Shown: positions 25,934-35,657, counted from the first letter of the stretch. The stretch: DNA of 64,000 nt from Campylobacteraceae bacterium (GCA_027035765.1 JALVUD010000019.1:45757-109756); one strand, 5' to 3'. Translations and numbers: made by a program. Notes: generated by a model not told the origin, from the sequence alone.

Positions 25934-26710
25934 ATGAGAAAAGTCCTCAATTTCGGCCTGGTTGCCGGCATCGTCCTGGCAGGGATCGCAAGCTTCACCG
26001 GATGCTCCCATCGGAGCTATACCAAACCGGGCCACACCTCCGCCGCCCGTCACCGGGCAACCATGCGCACCTACACCGTACGGGGGCGCACTTACCACCC
26101 CACCTATGTCGGCGTCGGCGACACGATGAGCGGGATCGCCAGCTGGTACGGCCCCAACTTCCACGGCAAGGCGACCAGCAACGGAGAACGGTATAATATG
26201 AACGCGATGACCGCGGCCCACAAAACCTGGCCCATGGACACCATGGTAAGGGTGCAGAATCTGGACAACGGCCGCAGCTGCGTGGTGCGGATCAACGACC
26301 GTGGCCCTTTCGTCAAAGGACGGGTCATCGACTGCTCCTACGCCGCAGGCAAAAAGCTCGGACTCGATCGGACCGGGACCGCCAGGGTCAAGCTGACGGT
26401 CCTGGGCTTCGCCGGCAAAGTCTACCGGCCCAGCCGGGCTCAGAAAGCGCGCAAAGCCCCCGCACCCCGGGTGCTGCTGAGCAATTTCGGTGTGCAGGTC
26501 GGAGCCTTCCGACGTTACGAGGGGGCCAAGATCTATCAGCGCCGCTATGCGGCGACGGTGGACCGCCCCGAACGGGTGCAGATCCGCAAGTTCATCGTGG
26601 ACGGCGCACCGCTCTATCGGGTCTGGGTCATGGGATTCGGCTCGGAAGAGGAGGCGAGAGACTATATTCGCGATCAGGGAATCGCCGGCGGCTTCCTGAT
26701 CCGGAACTGA
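25934..26710 (+). CDS. rlpA: septal-ring lytic transglycosylase RlpA-family lipoprotein with SPOR domain
   Basis: Lipobox LAGIASFTGC, DPBB block ASWYGPNFHGKATSNGERYNM, and a SPOR-like C-terminus (FGVQVGAFRRYEGA). Confidence 0.85.
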   Translation: MRKVLNFGLVAGIVLAGIASFTGCSHRSYTKPGHTSAARHRATMRTYTVRGRTYHPTYVGVGDTMSGIASWYGPNFHGKATSNGERYNMNAMTAAHKTWPMDTMVRVQNLDNGRSCVVRINDRGPFVKGRVIDCSYAAGKKLGLDRTGTARVKLTVLGFAGKVYRPSRAQKARKAPAPRVLLSNFGVQVGAFRRYEGAKIYQRRYAATVDRPERVQIRKFIVDGAPLYRVWVMGFGSEEEARDYIRDQGIAGGFLIRN

Positions 26711-26732
26711 CCCAATACTATCCAAAGGACGC

Positions 26733-27308
26733 ATGATGATAGAGAAACAGCGAAGCACCAAAGAGACCGAGATCCGTGTCTCCCTCAATCTCTACGGCCA
26801 GGGGAATTCGGCCGTGGAGACCGGCGTGGGCTTCTTCGACCATATGCTGGAGTCTTTTGCCCGGCACGCCCTGATCGATCTGGAGGTGGAGTGCCGGGGG
26901 GATCTGCACATCGACGCCCACCATACGGTGGAGGATGTGGGGATCGTCCTGGGCCAGGCGCTGGGGGAGGCGATCTATCCGGTCCAGGGGATCGAACGTT
27001 TCGGCAACGCCGTGGTAGTCATGGACGAGGCGGCAGTGGAGTGCGACATCGATCTGAGCAATCGTCCCTTCCTGGTCTATGAGCTTCCCGTGGAAGGGAA
27101 AGTAGGGGAGTTCGATACGGAGCTGACGGAGGAGTTTTTCCGGGCACTGGTCTTCAATCTGCCCCTGACCTGCCACCTGACAGCCAAACGGGGGCGGAAC
27201 CGCCACCATCTGATCGAAGCGGCCTTCAAAGCCTTTGCCGTGGCGCTTCGCCGGGCGGTGACCCCCAACGAGCGCATTGGAGTCCCCAGCACCAAAGGGG
27301 TGCTCTGA
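26733..27308 (+). CDS. hisB: imidazoleglycerol-phosphate dehydratase
   Basis: 191 aa with RSTKETEIRVSLNL, FFDHML, DAHHTVEDVGI and NRHHLIEAAFKA. Confidence 0.95.
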   Translation: MMIEKQRSTKETEIRVSLNLYGQGNSAVETGVGFFDHMLESFARHALIDLEVECRGDLHIDAHHTVEDVGIVLGQALGEAIYPVQGIERFGNAVVVMDEAAVECDIDLSNRPFLVYELPVEGKVGEFDTELTEEFFRALVFNLPLTCHLTAKRGRNRHHLIEAAFKAFAVALRRAVTPNERIGVPSTKGVL

Positions 27309-27309
27309 G

Positions 27310-27813
27310 ATGGGGATTCGGCTGATCGTCCTGGATGTGGACGGCTGTCTGACCGACGGCAGAATCATCTATACCGCCGAGGGAGACGAGGTCAAAGCCT
27401 TTGACGTCAAGGACGGGTTGGCCATTGCCAGCTGGATCCGTCTGGGGCGTCAGGCAGCCATCATCACCGGTCGCCGTTCCAAAATTGTGGAACGACGGAC
27501 CAAAGAGCTGGGGATCCACCATCTCTATCAGGCGGTTCAGAACAAACAACAGCGGCTGGAGACGCTGATGGAGGAGCTGAGGCTGAAACCGGAGGAGACC
27601 GCCGTTATCGGGGACGATCTCAACGACTGGGGAATGTTGGGAATGGCAGGCCGCTCTTATGCCCCCGCCGATGCGGTCCCGATGATCCGGGAACGGGTCG
27701 ACCGGGTATTGATGGCCCCGGGGGGCCGGGGAGCCGTGCGGGAGATGATTGAGGATCTTCTGGAGCGTGAAGGTCTGTGGGAGGAGTATCTCCGCCTATG
27801 GTCAGCCGTTTAG
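27310..27813 (+). CDS. kdsC: 3-deoxy-D-manno-octulosonate 8-phosphate phosphatase (HAD-IIIA)
   Basis: VLDVDGCLTDG and GDDLNDW motifs. It is followed by lptC and lptA. Confidence 0.85.
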   Translation: MGIRLIVLDVDGCLTDGRIIYTAEGDEVKAFDVKDGLAIASWIRLGRQAAIITGRRSKIVERRTKELGIHHLYQAVQNKQQRLETLMEELRLKPEETAVIGDDLNDWGMLGMAGRSYAPADAVPMIRERVDRVLMAPGGRGAVREMIEDLLEREGLWEEYLRLWSAV

Positions 27814-28331
27814 AGATTTTCCTGGGGGCGATGCTCCTGCTGGCCCTGGGACTGGGACTTTTCAACCGGACCGAGATCACCCGGGCTAAGGCGCAGCAGA
27901 AGCAGGTACAGAAGTCGGCGGAGCTTTTCGACGCCCGAAGCCGTGAGGTCAACGCCACCGGGGTCAAAAACGAGTTCGCCGCCGCCCATGCGGTGCTGAT
28001 CCGCAAAACCTGGTGGATGGAGGATTTCCGGACCCACAATGCCGATATCCGTATGCTGCGGGCCCGGAAAGCGATGCGCAACGATCGGCTGACCCGTCTG
28101 GACGGCAACGTGACCCTGGTTCGGACTGACGGTGCCGTCTATCGAGCCGAGACGGTGATCTATGATCGTCAGAAAAAGACGCTCAACTCTATAGGCCCCT
28201 TTTACGGAAGAAAAGGGGAGAACTATGTACGGGGGATCGATTTCTTCTACGAGATCGTCCCCAAACGTACCCGGGCAGAGCAGGTCTTCGCCCACTATCT
28301 GCTGAAAGATGCCAAGCAATCGTTACGATAG
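27798..28331 (+). CDS. lptC: LPS export protein LptC-like
   Basis: N-terminal anchor and a beta-rich body in the kdsC-lptC-lptA position. It overlaps the kdsC end by 16 nt. Confidence 0.6.
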   Translation: MVSRLEIFLGAMLLLALGLGLFNRTEITRAKAQQKQVQKSAELFDARSREVNATGVKNEFAAAHAVLIRKTWWMEDFRTHNADIRMLRARKAMRNDRLTRLDGNVTLVRTDGAVYRAETVIYDRQKKTLNSIGPFYGRKGENYVRGIDFFYEIVPKRTRAEQVFAHYLLKDAKQSLR

Positions 28332-28359
28332 CTGGCTATAATAAAACAACGCAAAGGGC

Positions 28360-28869
28360 ATGAGGAGCAGCGAGATGTTACAAAGAACGGTTTGGTGGAT
28401 GACAGCGGCGGCCTCGCTCCTGTGGGGTGCGGAGAATCTGGAGGTGACGGCGGACCGCTTCACCCATCTTGAGAAAGAGCAGAAGGCGATCTTCGAAGGG
28501 CATGCCCACGCCACCCAGGGCAAGAGCCGGATCGATGCCCGCAAGTTCATCGTCAACTTCGACAAAGACGGCAATGCACGGGTTTATCAGGCGATCAGCG
28601 GGGTCCGCTTCGAGATCGTCAAAGCCCCCGACCGTCATATCAAGGGGAGCTGTGACCGCCTGGTCTACCGGGTGGCGGAAGATACCTATCGTCTGATTGG
28701 TCACGCCTACGTCAACGATCTGGTCAACAAGCGGGTTATGAAAGGCCAGGAGATCTATCTGGACAACAAAAAGGGCCTTGCCACGGCCAAAAGCGGCAAA
28801 AAAGGACCGGTAAAGTTCGTCTTCCCCATGAAAGACGCTACCGGCAAGAAGAAGAAAGGAAAACGCTGA
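28360..28869 (+). CDS. lptA: LPS transport periplasmic protein LptA (OstA-like)
   Basis: Signal-like N-terminus, OstA-N-like segment (ADRFTHLEKEQKAIFEGHAHATQG), and a Lys-rich tail. Confidence 0.65.
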   Translation: MRSSEMLQRTVWWMTAAASLLWGAENLEVTADRFTHLEKEQKAIFEGHAHATQGKSRIDARKFIVNFDKDGNARVYQAISGVRFEIVKAPDRHIKGSCDRLVYRVAEDTYRLIGHAYVNDLVNKRVMKGQEIYLDNKKGLATAKSGKKGPVKFVFPMKDATGKKKKGKR

Positions 28870-28870
28870 G

Positions 28871-29491
28871 GTGCAGTCGTCAAGAATCCCCAGGCCGGTA
28901 CGGGCCGAATTTCTCAAATCGGCCCAGTCTATCAACGACAGTGTGGAGGAGAGTCTGAGCGAAGTGGTCTTTCTGGGGCGCTCCAATGTGGGTAAAAGCT
29001 CCACGATCAATCTGCTCGCCGGCCGGAAAAACCTGGCCAAGAGCTCCTCGACCCCCGGCAAAACCCGGCTGATCAACTTCTTTGACGTCGGCTACAAGCT
29101 CGATGACCGGGACTACACCGTGCGCTTCGTGGATCTGCCCGGTTTCGGCTACGCCAAGGTCTCCAAGTCTATGAAGGAGATCTGGCAAAAGAACCTGGTG
29201 GAGTTCATCCGCCACCGGACAGCGATCCGGCTCTTCATCCACCTGCGCGACGCTCGGCACCCCCATGCCAAGATCGACGACGAGGTGGAGCGCTATATCG
29301 GAGAGTTCCTCCGTCCCGATCAGCGCTATCTGACGGTCTTTACCAAAGCCGACAAGCTCAATCAGAAGGAGCGGGGAGCGCTGCTGCGAGATTTCCCCGG
29401 AGCGATCCTCATCTCCAATCTCAAGAAGAGCGGTCAGGAGCGAATCCAGCAGGCGATTTTCGAATCGATCTTCGGAGAGAGTTTCCAATGA
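28871..29491 (+). CDS. engB: ribosome biogenesis GTP-binding protein YihA/EngB
   Basis: G1 GRSNVGKSS, G3 DLPGFGY and G4 TKADK. GTG start. Confidence 0.9.
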   Translation: MQSSRIPRPVRAEFLKSAQSINDSVEESLSEVVFLGRSNVGKSSTINLLAGRKNLAKSSSTPGKTRLINFFDVGYKLDDRDYTVRFVDLPGFGYAKVSKSMKEIWQKNLVEFIRHRTAIRLFIHLRDARHPHAKIDDEVERYIGEFLRPDQRYLTVFTKADKLNQKERGALLRDFPGAILISNLKKSGQERIQQAIFESIFGESFQ

Positions 29492-29958
29492 TCCGTTACC
29501 GCAAAGCGACGCTCTCGGACATCCCCGAGATGCAGTCTCTCGTGGTCAAGGAGGTCGAAGAGGGAGTGATCCTGCCCCGAAGCGACGATGAAGTGGCCAC
29601 CAACATCCGCAGTTATATTCTGGCGGAGGCGGAGGGGATGATCGTGGGATACGGAGCCCTGCATCTGCACTCGCCGCGTCTGGCGGAGATCCGGAGTCTG
29701 ATCGTCGCTCCCACATGGCAGGGACACGGCATCGGGCGCGGGATCGTGGAGGAGGCCCTCCGGGAGGCGGAGGCGCTGGGGGTCGCCGAGGTCCTGGTCC
29801 TGACCTACCTGCCGGAGTTCTTCCGAAAACTCGGCTTTCAAGAGATCGACAAAGAGAGCATCCCCGAACACAAAATATGGACCGACTGTATCAAATGCAT
29901 CCACTTCCCCAACTGCAACGAAATCTCCCTGATCCGACCGGTCACTCCCAAAGGATAG
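29488..29958 (+). CDS. GNAT-family N-acetyltransferase
   Basis: Acetyl-CoA motif VAPTWQGHGIGRGIVEEAL. ATGA overlap with engB. Confidence 0.8.
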   Translation: MIRYRKATLSDIPEMQSLVVKEVEEGVILPRSDDEVATNIRSYILAEAEGMIVGYGALHLHSPRLAEIRSLIVAPTWQGHGIGRGIVEEALREAEALGVAEVLVLTYLPEFFRKLGFQEIDKESIPEHKIWTDCIKCIHFPNCNEISLIRPVTPKG

Positions 29959-29960
29959 CC

Positions 29961-30404
29961 GTGGGGAAAATCTGGCGTTGGCTTTTGTGGCTCGGGATCT
30001 TTGCCTTTGTCCTGCTCTATCCGATGCTGGTTTCGGTCTATGTGACCCTGCCGCTTTTTATCGGCTTTGCCGGTTATCTGATTCTCCGGGGTCTGGAGGG
30101 GGAGGGGTGGCGCTATCTGCTGCTGCCCCTTTTCTATCTCCTCAATCTGGAGATCAACCTTTCGCTGCCCCTGATGCTGAGCCTGGCGGCGGTCCTGATC
30201 TACTATCTGACCCTCTACTCTTCGGTGCTCTTTCTCAAGCGCTGTCGGCTCTGTGTGGCTTTTTTGTCGGTCCTTTTCATCGATCTGATCTACCTGGGGC
30301 TGATTGAAATCTACGATTTCATCTTTACCACCTCCAGCATCACGATCAATATGCAGCTGGTCTATTCGCTGCTGATGGATCTCCTTGCGGCGGTGCTCCT
30401 GTGA
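29961..30404 (+). CDS. polytopic membrane protein, probable MreD
   Basis: 147 aa from GTG 29961 with 4-5 TM helices. It lies immediately upstream of, and overlaps, the PBP2 gene. Position-based call. Confidence 0.45.
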   Translation: MGKIWRWLLWLGIFAFVLLYPMLVSVYVTLPLFIGFAGYLILRGLEGEGWRYLLLPLFYLLNLEINLSLPLMLSLAAVLIYYLTLYSSVLFLKRCRLCVAFLSVLFIDLIYLGLIEIYDFIFTTSSITINMQLVYSLLMDLLAAVLL

Positions 30405-32314
30405 GATTCAAAATCGTTCTTCTGATCTTCGCGATTTTCTGGGTGGTGCTGATCGTGCGGCTCTACCATATCAGCATCAAGTCAAATTTTTACTACGAGA
30501 GACTGGCCAAGGAGAATATCGAACGCAAGAACTACCTCAAGCCGGTCCGGGGAGAGATCTTCGACAGTAAAGGAAAGTTTCTCGCCGTCAACAAGATCGG
30601 CTTCTCCCTCTCCCTGGCTCCCCATCTCAGCATCAAAAAGGGCGAGCTCCAGACCGCCATCGCGACGCTCAAACACTATTTCCCCGATCTCAACGCCACG
30701 GTGATGGAGCGGGTCTATCGGCGCCAGAACTCTCCCTATAACTACCGCTATATCAAGGTGATCGATTTCGTTCCCTATGACACGATGATGCGGGATTATG
30801 CCCGGCTGAGCGCTCTGCCTTTCGTCAAGATCGATACCGAGACCAAGCGTTATTATCCCTACGGGCGCTATGCGGCGCATATCGTAGGGTACGTAGGGCG
30901 GGCCAATCGGCGGGAGATCGTCGCCGATCCGGTAGCCGAGATCGTGGGCTATACCGGCAAGAGCGGCCTGGAGCGTTACTACAACCGCTGGCTGGAGGGA
31001 GAGCCGGGCTATATCCTCAGCAAAGTCAACGCCCGCAACAAGGCCTTGAAGGTTCTCGAACGCAAAGAGCCGGTCAACAACCGTTCTCTGAAAGTCAACC
31101 TGGATATGGATCTGCAGAAGTATATCTACGATCTCCTGGGGAAAACGCCGGCGGTCGTGGTGGTGATGCGGACCACCGGGGAGGTGCTGGCGGCGGTAAG
31201 CAACCCCAGCTTCGATCCCAACCTCTTCGTCGGAGGGATCAGCGTCAAGGATTGGAAGGCGCTCCAGAACAACCTGGGACACCCCTTTACCAACAAGTTC
31301 ATCCATGCCGTCTATCCTCCCGGTTCGGTGATCAAGATGGGGGTGGCCCTGGCCGCTTCCAAAGCAGGCCACGGGATCCTGGACGAGCATGAGTACTGCA
31401 AAGGCTACATCACCATCGGCAAAAGCAAACACAAGTTCCGCTGCTGGAAAAAGTGGGGACACGGCGACGTGGATCTGCGCAAATCGATCCGGGAGAGCTG
31501 TGACGTCTACTACTACGACAAGAGTCTCAAGATCGGCATCGACCGAATCGCCAAGACCCTCAAAGAGATCGGCCTCGGGGTCAAAACCGGGATCGACCTG
31601 CCCCGGGAGTATCGGGGGATCATCCCCGACAAAGCCTGGAAACGCAAACGCTACCATCAGCCCTGGTACAAAGGGGAGACCGTTATCGCCGCCATCGGCC
31701 AGGGGTATGACAACATCACCCCCATGCAGGTGGCCCGCTACACCGCCTTTCTGGCGACGGGAAAACTGCCCACTCCGACCCTGGCCAAAGAGCTCGACGG
31801 CAAAAAAGTCACCCCAAAGCGGATAAAACTGCGTTTCAACCCCTACCACATGAGCCTCATCCGTCAGGGGATGATCGACGTCTGCAACGATCGACGGGGA
31901 ACCGCCTACAAGACCATGCACGATCTGCCTATCAAAGTGGCCGGCAAGACCGGAACCGCCCAGGTGGTCTCCATCCCCCAGGAGATCAAGAAACGGGTCA
32001 AAGAGCAGGACCTGGCCTATTTCAAAAAGTCCCACGCCTGGATCACCACCTACGCTCCGGTGAGGAAGCCGGAGTATGTGGTGACGGTCCTGGTGGAACA
32101 CGGGGGACACGGAGGCAGCGCCGCCGGTCCCATCGCCGCCAAGATCTACAAGTGGCTCTACTACAACGGCTACTTCAAAAACCATCCTGTGGAGAAGATC
32201 CGGGCGGAACTGGAGAGACGGATGCGTGAAGCCAACGCCACCGTACCTGCCGCGCCGGTTCCTCCGAAACTCAGGATGGATCAGACGGGGAGAAAAGTCG
32301 GAAATCAGGAGTGA
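30401..32314 (+). CDS. mrdA: penicillin-binding protein 2 (elongasome transpeptidase)
   Basis: N-terminal anchor, SxxK (GSVIK), SxD (SCD) and KTG (GKTGTAQ). Confidence 0.9.
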   Translation: MRFKIVLLIFAIFWVVLIVRLYHISIKSNFYYERLAKENIERKNYLKPVRGEIFDSKGKFLAVNKIGFSLSLAPHLSIKKGELQTAIATLKHYFPDLNATVMERVYRRQNSPYNYRYIKVIDFVPYDTMMRDYARLSALPFVKIDTETKRYYPYGRYAAHIVGYVGRANRREIVADPVAEIVGYTGKSGLERYYNRWLEGEPGYILSKVNARNKALKVLERKEPVNNRSLKVNLDMDLQKYIYDLLGKTPAVVVVMRTTGEVLAAVSNPSFDPNLFVGGISVKDWKALQNNLGHPFTNKFIHAVYPPGSVIKMGVALAASKAGHGILDEHEYCKGYITIGKSKHKFRCWKKWGHGDVDLRKSIRESCDVYYYDKSLKIGIDRIAKTLKEIGLGVKTGIDLPREYRGIIPDKAWKRKRYHQPWYKGETVIAAIGQGYDNITPMQVARYTAFLATGKLPTPTLAKELDGKKVTPKRIKLRFNPYHMSLIRQGMIDVCNDRRGTAYKTMHDLPIKVAGKTGTAQVVSIPQEIKKRVKEQDLAYFKKSHAWITTYAPVRKPEYVVTVLVEHGGHGGSAAGPIAAKIYKWLYYNGYFKNHPVEKIRAELERRMREANATVPAAPVPPKLRMDQTGRKVGNQE

Positions 32315-32347
32315 AGAACCGAAATTTGGAAACGGGTAACGCGTAAC
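32308..32347. repeat. degenerate copy of the AGTGARGAACCGAAnnTTGGAAAC-NNGTAACGNGTAACC module
   Basis: ggagtgaagaaccgaaatttggaaacgggtaacgcgtaacc compares with 22229-22273 and 56298-56350. It contains the mrdA TGA stop. Confidence 0.7.
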
Positions 32348-32398
32348 CAGAAACTCAATTGACCTACGCAGCGGGGTATTGCCCTCCCACGGTTTACG

Positions 32399-32899
32399 CT
32401 ATCGCCGGACGAAAATCCCCCGTTGCCGATCTTTGACAATTTGATTGTGGGGGAGAATCAGTCCGTGCATGGCGATGTAGACGCCGGGAGTGTCGTTGCC
32501 CAGCATCCAGCCCAGGGCGGAGGCCAGGTTGGCGGTGGCCTCGACCGGATCGATAGACCAGGGGATCATAGCCCCGGTCAGAAGGATCTGCCGGTCGCTG
32601 AAGCGCTCGGCCAGATAGGCGGCGCTTTTGTCGATGGTGTCGGTGCCGTGGACAACGAGAATCTTTCGGTTTATCTCTTCCCTAATGGACCGGGCGATCT
32701 CTTCCCGGTCTTTCTCATCCATCTCCAGGCTGTCTTTGCCGATAATGGGCACAAGTTTCAGGCGGCAGTGCCAGGCTTCGGCGATCTGCATAACGGCCCG
32801 GGCTGTGGGATCGACCCTGAGCTCTCCGGCGATGGGATCGTAGATTTTGTTGAAGGTCCCGCCGGTGCTGAGGAGAGTGACGCTCTCGATAGTGTTCAT
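32399..32899 (-). CDS. asparaginase-domain protein (N-terminal domain only)
   Basis: TGGT nucleophile motif (LLSTGGTFNK) and HGTDT. 166 aa from the ATG at 32899. Confidence 0.6.
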   Translation of the reverse strand: MNTIESVTLLSTGGTFNKIYDPIAGELRVDPTARAVMQIAEAWHCRLKLVPIIGKDSLEMDEKDREEIARSIREEINRKILVVHGTDTIDKSAAYLAERFSDRQILLTGAMIPWSIDPVEATANLASALGWMLGNDTPGVYIAMHGLILPHNQIVKDRQRGIFVRR

Positions 32900-32994
32900 G
32901 GCTCGCTCCCGTTTTTCCGACGATTGTACCACAAGGCGGGGCTTTCGTCCCATTCGATAAAATACACAAAACAGATCCGATGCAAGGAGTCCCG

Positions 32995-33840
32995 ATGCCG
33001 ATCAAAAAATGCCTTTTTCCCGCTGCAGGATACGGAACCCGTTTTCTGCCGGCGACCAAGGCGATGCCCAAAGAGATGCTGCCGGTGATGGCCAAACCGT
33101 TGATCCAGTACGGTGTGGAGGAGGCGGTCGAAGCGGGGATGAAGATCATGGCGGTGGTGACCGGCAGGGGCAAGCGGGCTATCGAGGACCATTTTGATAT
33201 CAGTTACGAGCTGGAGCATCAGATCAAAGGGAGCTCCAAAGAGTATCTTCTGAGGGAGATCCGGGAGCTGATCGGGCGCTGTACCTTTACCTATACCCGT
33301 CAGATCGAGATGCGGGGGCTGGGGGATGCGATCCTCAAGGGAGAGCCGCTGATCGGACAGGAACCCTTTGGTGTCATGCTGGCTGATGATCTCTGTACCC
33401 GGGAGGATGGTGAAGGAGTGCTGGCCCAGATGGTTCGGATCTATGAACGTTTCGGCTGTTCGGTGGTGGCAGTCCAGGAGGTCTCCCGGGAGGAGACGGG
33501 CAAATACGGGATCGTCGCCGGAGAGCGGATCGACGAGGATCTGATGCGGGTGGAGACCATGGTGGAGAAGCCCGACCCGGAGGAAGCTCCTTCCAATCTG
33601 GCGATCATCGGACGCTATATTCTGACGCCGGATATCTTCCGGCGGATCGAGGAGACCAAGCCGGGCAAAGGGGGTGAGATCCAGATCACCGACGCCCTGA
33701 TGGCCCAGGCCGCAGAGGGGAAGGTGATCGCCTACCGTTTCAAAGGCCGACGCTTCGACTGCGGAAGCATCGACGGTTTCGTGGAAGCGACCAACTACTT
33801 CTACGAAAAAGAGCGGGGGAGAGAAGAGCCGAAAGCCTGA
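32995..33840 (+). CDS. galU: UTP--glucose-1-phosphate uridylyltransferase
   Basis: PAAGYGTRFLPATKAMPKEMLPV and full-length GalU-like sequence. Confidence 0.9.
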   Translation: MPIKKCLFPAAGYGTRFLPATKAMPKEMLPVMAKPLIQYGVEEAVEAGMKIMAVVTGRGKRAIEDHFDISYELEHQIKGSSKEYLLREIRELIGRCTFTYTRQIEMRGLGDAILKGEPLIGQEPFGVMLADDLCTREDGEGVLAQMVRIYERFGCSVVAVQEVSREETGKYGIVAGERIDEDLMRVETMVEKPDPEEAPSNLAIIGRYILTPDIFRRIEETKPGKGGEIQITDALMAQAAEGKVIAYRFKGRRFDCGSIDGFVEATNYFYEKERGREEPKA

Positions 33841-33848
33841 AAGTGAGT

Positions 33849-34520
33849 TCAGCCGGGATAGACTGTTTCGAGAGCCGCGTAGAGCGCTTCCGGTTCGATG
33901 CCGGGATTCTTTTCCAGGAGCTCCTGCATCACGACGTTATCCTCCCGTCCGTCCCAGATCTTGGTGTAGCTTCCCTCTTTGTAGCCGTGATCCTGGCGGA
34001 AGCGGTTGAGGATGTTTTTCCCCACGTAGAGGCTGTAGAGCGCGGGGAGATCCAGATCTCCAAGTCGCGCCACGTCGAAGAAACGGGCGGTGAGTTCCTC
34101 GACGCTGGCTCCGGCGAAGAGGGCGGCGACGAAGGATTCGACGGTCTCGATCTGATCGTAGAGATCTTCGGACTTTTCCCCCGTTCCCGCTGCAAAAGCT
34201 TTGTAGGTATCGGTAGTGGTGATACGCCAGGCCAGGTCGGCGATATCGCCGCCCTTTTCCAGGGCATTGAGACGCAGGGCTTCGCTCATGACGAAGTGCC
34301 AGATATCCACCGCCTCGATGCGGATGTTGTCATAGTCGGGCTGGGCGGCGATGTTCTTCCAGTGTTTCCAGGGGTAGCTCTCCACCAGCTCCGCCGCTTC
34401 GAGCCAGATGCAGCGCCGCCAGTCTATCCGTTTGCCTTGGTTGGTGACGCCCTGTTCCCAGCCTTGGCCGTTGGTCTCGTCGTTGAGCTGTTGTTGAAGG
34501 CGAAGCATGGTTTCGAGCAT
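33849..34520 (-). CDS. dut: dimeric (all-alpha) dUTP diphosphatase
   Basis: 223 aa, dUTPase_2-type (WRRCIWLEAAELVESYPWKHWK), as in Campylobacter-type dimeric dUTPases. Confidence 0.75.
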   Translation of the reverse strand: MLETMLRLQQQLNDETNGQGWEQGVTNQGKRIDWRRCIWLEAAELVESYPWKHWKNIAAQPDYDNIRIEAVDIWHFVMSEALRLNALEKGGDIADLAWRITTTDTYKAFAAGTGEKSEDLYDQIETVESFVAALFAGASVEELTARFFDVARLGDLDLPALYSLYVGKNILNRFRQDHGYKEGSYTKIWDGREDNVVMQELLEKNPGIEPEALYAALETVYPG

Positions 34521-34536
34521 GAAAACTCCTTTTGAG

Positions 34537-34571
34537 GGATGATGGATTTTGGATGTTGGATGTTGGATTTC
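34537..34571. repeat. heptamer micro-array GGATKTT x5 (GGATGAT GGATTTT GGATGTT GGATGTT GGATTTC)
   Basis: Read directly. Same family as 24595-24629. Confidence 0.9.
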
Positions 34572-34576
34572 GGTTG

Positions 34577-34649
34577 GCGTCGCTTTGCGACGCGTTTTAA
34601 TTTAATGGAAGCGTGACTTCAGTCGCGCACTGCACGGCTCAAGCCGTGC
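34577..34649. repeat. three consecutive GC hairpins
   Basis: gcgtcgc-ttt-gcgacgc followed by gtttt (34577-34598), gcgtgact-tc-agtcgcgc (34611-34628) and gcacggc-tcaa-gccgtgc (34632-34649). Confidence 0.85.
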
Positions 34650-34670
34650 CCCCAATGACCAGTGACCAAC

Positions 34671-35657
34671 TCAGAAAAGCGTCGCCTCTTCCCGCATCTC
34701 TTTGAGCAGCTCTTTGTCCAACGAATAGACGAAAGCGTAGTTGAAGTGGGCTTTTTTGAGGATTTCTTTCGCCTCTTCCGGGGTCTCGAACCAGTAGGGA
34801 CGATCGACATTCTCCACTTTGGTCCTGGGCGGGGTGAGGACGATGCTTTTGGCCCAGCTGCTCTGGAAGCGTACATACTCCCTTGCCTGGACGATATCCC
34901 CGATATTGTCGACGAAGATCACGACCCGGTCGGAGGCCCCTTTGGGGACGCTGCCCAGGTTGGCATCCACAAACAGAGGCTGGAAATGTCGGGTATAACG
35001 GAGCTTGTCCAGGGAGTAGGGGAGCTCTTTGCGGTCACAAAAGGCCACCACCTGCAGCAGATGATCCAGATGGAAAGGGGCCATCTCTTTCTGTTGATAG
35101 ATGTAGCCGTGGACCTTGAACGTGGAGCGAAAGAGGGTATCGCTGATCATCTGCCCCTCAGCCGGCTCTCCGAGGTGTTCCGGCTCGGGGGTGATCGTCT
35201 CCAGCAGCTCCCGGTCGCTGCCGACGAAGAGATGTTGATCGCTGTTGAGAATGGTCTCGAAGGCTTTGGTCCACTCTCTGGGGAGGAAAGTGACGTTGCC
35301 TTTGTGGGTGAGGATCATTCGCAGGAAGCTCTCTTCATGGGGGCGCAGGAGGACAAGGTCAGCCTCTTTGCGCAGCATGACGTAGCGCAGGAGCTTGAAT
35401 GCGGCCTCTTTGACCGAGTCGACGGCGATCCAGGCGATCTCTTCGTCCAGGTTTCGGGGGCGTTCTCCCTCATGGATGACGGTATAAGCTCCCCGCTCCA
35501 CGGCGGTGGGGATATCCTCGCTGCGTGCGGCGAAAAAGAGATCGCCCGTTTCCACTTTGGAGGGAAAGACTGTGGCGCTCTCGATCGCCTGGACCTGGGG
35601 CTCGTTCTCCAGCCGCCCGCCGGTGATGTTGATCAGATCGGATATCTTCATCGTCAC
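34671..35657 (-). CDS. conserved hypothetical protein with MurF-N-terminal-like domain, no P-loop
   Basis: The N-terminus ISDLINITGGRLENEP...GDLFFAAR...ERGAYTV resembles the Mur ligase N-domain, but no GxxGxGKT is present. ATGA overlap with the metG stop. Confidence 0.6.
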   Translation of the reverse strand: MTMKISDLINITGGRLENEPQVQAIESATVFPSKVETGDLFFAARSEDIPTAVERGAYTVIHEGERPRNLDEEIAWIAVDSVKEAAFKLLRYVMLRKEADLVLLRPHEESFLRMILTHKGNVTFLPREWTKAFETILNSDQHLFVGSDRELLETITPEPEHLGEPAEGQMISDTLFRSTFKVHGYIYQQKEMAPFHLDHLLQVVAFCDRKELPYSLDKLRYTRHFQPLFVDANLGSVPKGASDRVVIFVDNIGDIVQAREYVRFQSSWAKSIVLTPPRTKVENVDRPYWFETPEEAKEILKKAHFNYAFVYSLDKELLKEMREEATLF

